Shown here piece after piece: positions 33,266 to 34,318 of a DNA stretch of 34,318 bases. The notes beneath the pieces were generated by a model that worked only from the letters and a program-made list of their open reading frames with translations, made no database searches and was not told the DNA's origin. Source of the DNA: Candidatus Pacearchaeota archaeon CG10_big_fil_rev_8_21_14_0_10_32_14 (GTDB lineage: Archaea > Nanobdellota > Nanobdellia > Pacearchaeales > GW2011-AR1); assembly GCA_002763085.1 (NCBI GenBank), contig PFCY01000075.1:1-34318 (forward strand), given 5' to 3'. The position numbers and the translations under genes were made by a program. How positions within the stretch are numbered: the stretch's first letter is position 1; every line of letters starts with the position of its first letter.

Positions 33266-33329
33266 CGTCGAACATAAAGCCATGACGGATGTCTGGCTTG
33301 AAGCTGCAGAAATGAGCGAGCTTGCGAGC
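33266..33329 (+). repeat. Cassette-junction repeat R2
   Basis: 40-mer identical to R1. The 19-mer aatgagcgagcttgcgagc (33311-33329) is identical to 33946-33964. Confidence 0.85.
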
Positions 33330-33377
33330 CAATCTTATTTAAACGATATTTATAAAACCTAATTTCTTTAACAAGTC

Positions 33378-33695
33378 ATGTTTAGAGTATTCCGTTCAGA
33401 TTGGTATACAAAAAAACTAGAAAAACTTGACACTTCAGAAAGGAGGAGAGTTGAAAAATTTGAACAGCAACTTAAAATTGAGCCCTATTCTTGAAAACCA
33501 CTGGGTTACAAATTTTTTCGAGAAAAGAAATTCAATGGCAAAAGAGCTTTATTTCTAGTGTATGAAGAACACAGTTCGGTATTTTTAATAACAATCACCG
33601 ACAAAAAAGCCCAGCAACATGAAATTGATTTGATAAAAGCAAATCTTGATATTTACAAAGAAACTATTCAAAAACTCGTTGACGATCTGGATTAA
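33378..33695 (+). pseudogene. RelE/ParE-like toxin gene interrupted by in-frame TGA
   Basis: MFRVFRSDWYTKKLEKLDTSERRRVEKFEQQLKIEPYS*KPLGYKFFREKKFNGKRALFLVYEE... The TGA at 33492-33494 aligns with the Gly of GKPL in the paralog 88-306. Frame checked by hand. Confidence 0.6.
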
Positions 33696-33832
33696 ATCTC
33701 TTTGATTCTACCTTCAAGGATATCTTTTATTCCCCTAGCTATATCTTGAAGAAGTTCTTTATCAACACTTGATTGTCTGATTAACTCCTCATATCTTTCT
33801 CTTGAGATTATAATTTTATCTTCAGATTGCAT
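33692..33832 (-). CDS. 46-aa ORF, possible antitoxin-like protein (not in ORF track)
   Basis: MQSEDKIIISRERYEELIRQSSVDKELLQDIARGIKDILEGRIKEI. Convergent with the RelE-like pseudogene, whose 3' end it overlaps by 4 nt. The helical, charged profile is antitoxin-like, but support is weak. Confidence 0.3.
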   Translation of the reverse strand: MQSEDKIIISRERYEELIRQSSVDKELLQDIARGIKDILEGRIKEI

Positions 33833-33876
33833 GATAAATATTAAACTTAGATTTATTCAAAGTTTTCTACTACAGA

Positions 33877-33965
33877 AAATTCGTTTCAATCTCATCGTCC
33901 CGCCGAGCGTAGAAATCTGCCGCAAGGCGATTTTGAAGCGGCATGAATGAGCGAGCTTGCGAGCG
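33877..33965 (+). repeat. Cassette-junction repeat R3 (divergent)
   Basis: Shares ctcatcgtcccg with R1 and the 19-mer with R2. Internal perfect hairpin tgccgc/gcggca. Confidence 0.65.
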
Positions 33966-33989
33966 TATTTCTTCTAATAAATAAAATCT

Positions 33990-34277
33990 TTAATTCTCAT
34001 GATACTTAACAACTGGAGAATTTATTTTTATTTCATACTTTTTTATTGAATATTCAATAAAAATAAATAAGAATGGAAACCAAAGATAATAATAACCAAA
34101 AGGCAGCAAAATAACAAAATGGGTCATTCTATAAATATACATTAAAATCGGGAGACCCCAATATAAAGCACCGAGTACAAAATAATATGGATAAGACTTC
34201 ATCAAAAGTTTAACTTTAACCTTATCTGACTTAGAGCCTATCCACATAGACAGGCTCTCCAAGTAATAATTCCACAA
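33990..34277 (-). CDS. hypothetical membrane protein
   Basis: 95-aa ORF (TTG start in the track; an ATG at about 34247 is possible). Very hydrophobic. Confidence 0.4.
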   Translation of the reverse strand: MWNYYLESLSMWIGSKSDKVKVKLLMKSYPYYFVLGALYWGLPILMYIYRMTHFVILLPFGYYYLWFPFLFIFIEYSIKKYEIKINSPVVKYHEN

Positions 34278-34318
34278 GCCAAATGAAGCATCGCAAGATA
34301 ATTTTCAGCCTTTTTGCA

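Noticed and set aside
1-34318. CRISPR array
   Set aside because: The repeats found are irregularly spaced, differ in length and are often palindromic mosaics. There is no series of identical 25-40 nt repeats with unique, similar-sized spacers, and no cas genes.
1-34318. Diversity-generating retroelement, retron, or transposon/IS with transposase
   Set aside because: No reverse-transcriptase, transposase, TnpB/IscB-like or integrase ORF is present in any frame. The repeat pairs do not show the A-specific mismatch pattern of TR/VR pairs.

Overview
Visibly AT-rich (roughly one-third G+C by eye, not computed), gene-dense, mixed-strand window. It looks archaeal and most like a small-genome DPANN-type lineage. 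That is an inference from archaeal uS10, Elp3, a TrmB-type regulator, archaeal class I aldolase, ThyX+Tmk, PriS-like primase fragments, an intron-containing tRNA without encoded CCA, and TATA boxes about 25 nt upstream of start codons (leaderless-type spacing). Housekeeping and metabolic genes: GHMP kinase, SDR, NADP oxidoreductase, several SAM methyltransferases, aldolase, prephenate dehydratase, MBL hydrolase, aspartate kinase, Tmk, a fused double-domain ThyX, uS10, thioredoxin, Elp3, NUDIX, and a carbamoyltransferase with SxtJ-like and DUF5989-like small membrane ORFs. Accessory content: two toxin-like/DUF2283 loci, two RelE-like ORFs, secreted and membrane proteins, a metzincin, and a split mini-primase next to an orphan receiver domain. 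The most unusual content is non-coding. A mosaic family of GC-rich hairpin/palindromic repeats stands out against the AT-rich background. Its stems change by compensatory substitutions at five loci. One copy sits in frame inside Elp3, one inside the 133-nt intron of tRNA-Glu(UUC), and one has MITE-like terminal inverted repeats. Related repeats bracket the MBL gene and separate small toxin-antitoxin-like cassettes near the 3' end of the window. Four accessory genes each carry a single in-frame stop (TAG, TAA, TGA, TGA). No CRISPR array, rRNA, transposase, integrase or reverse transcriptase was seen. All family calls are from motif recognition by eye; no database search was run.
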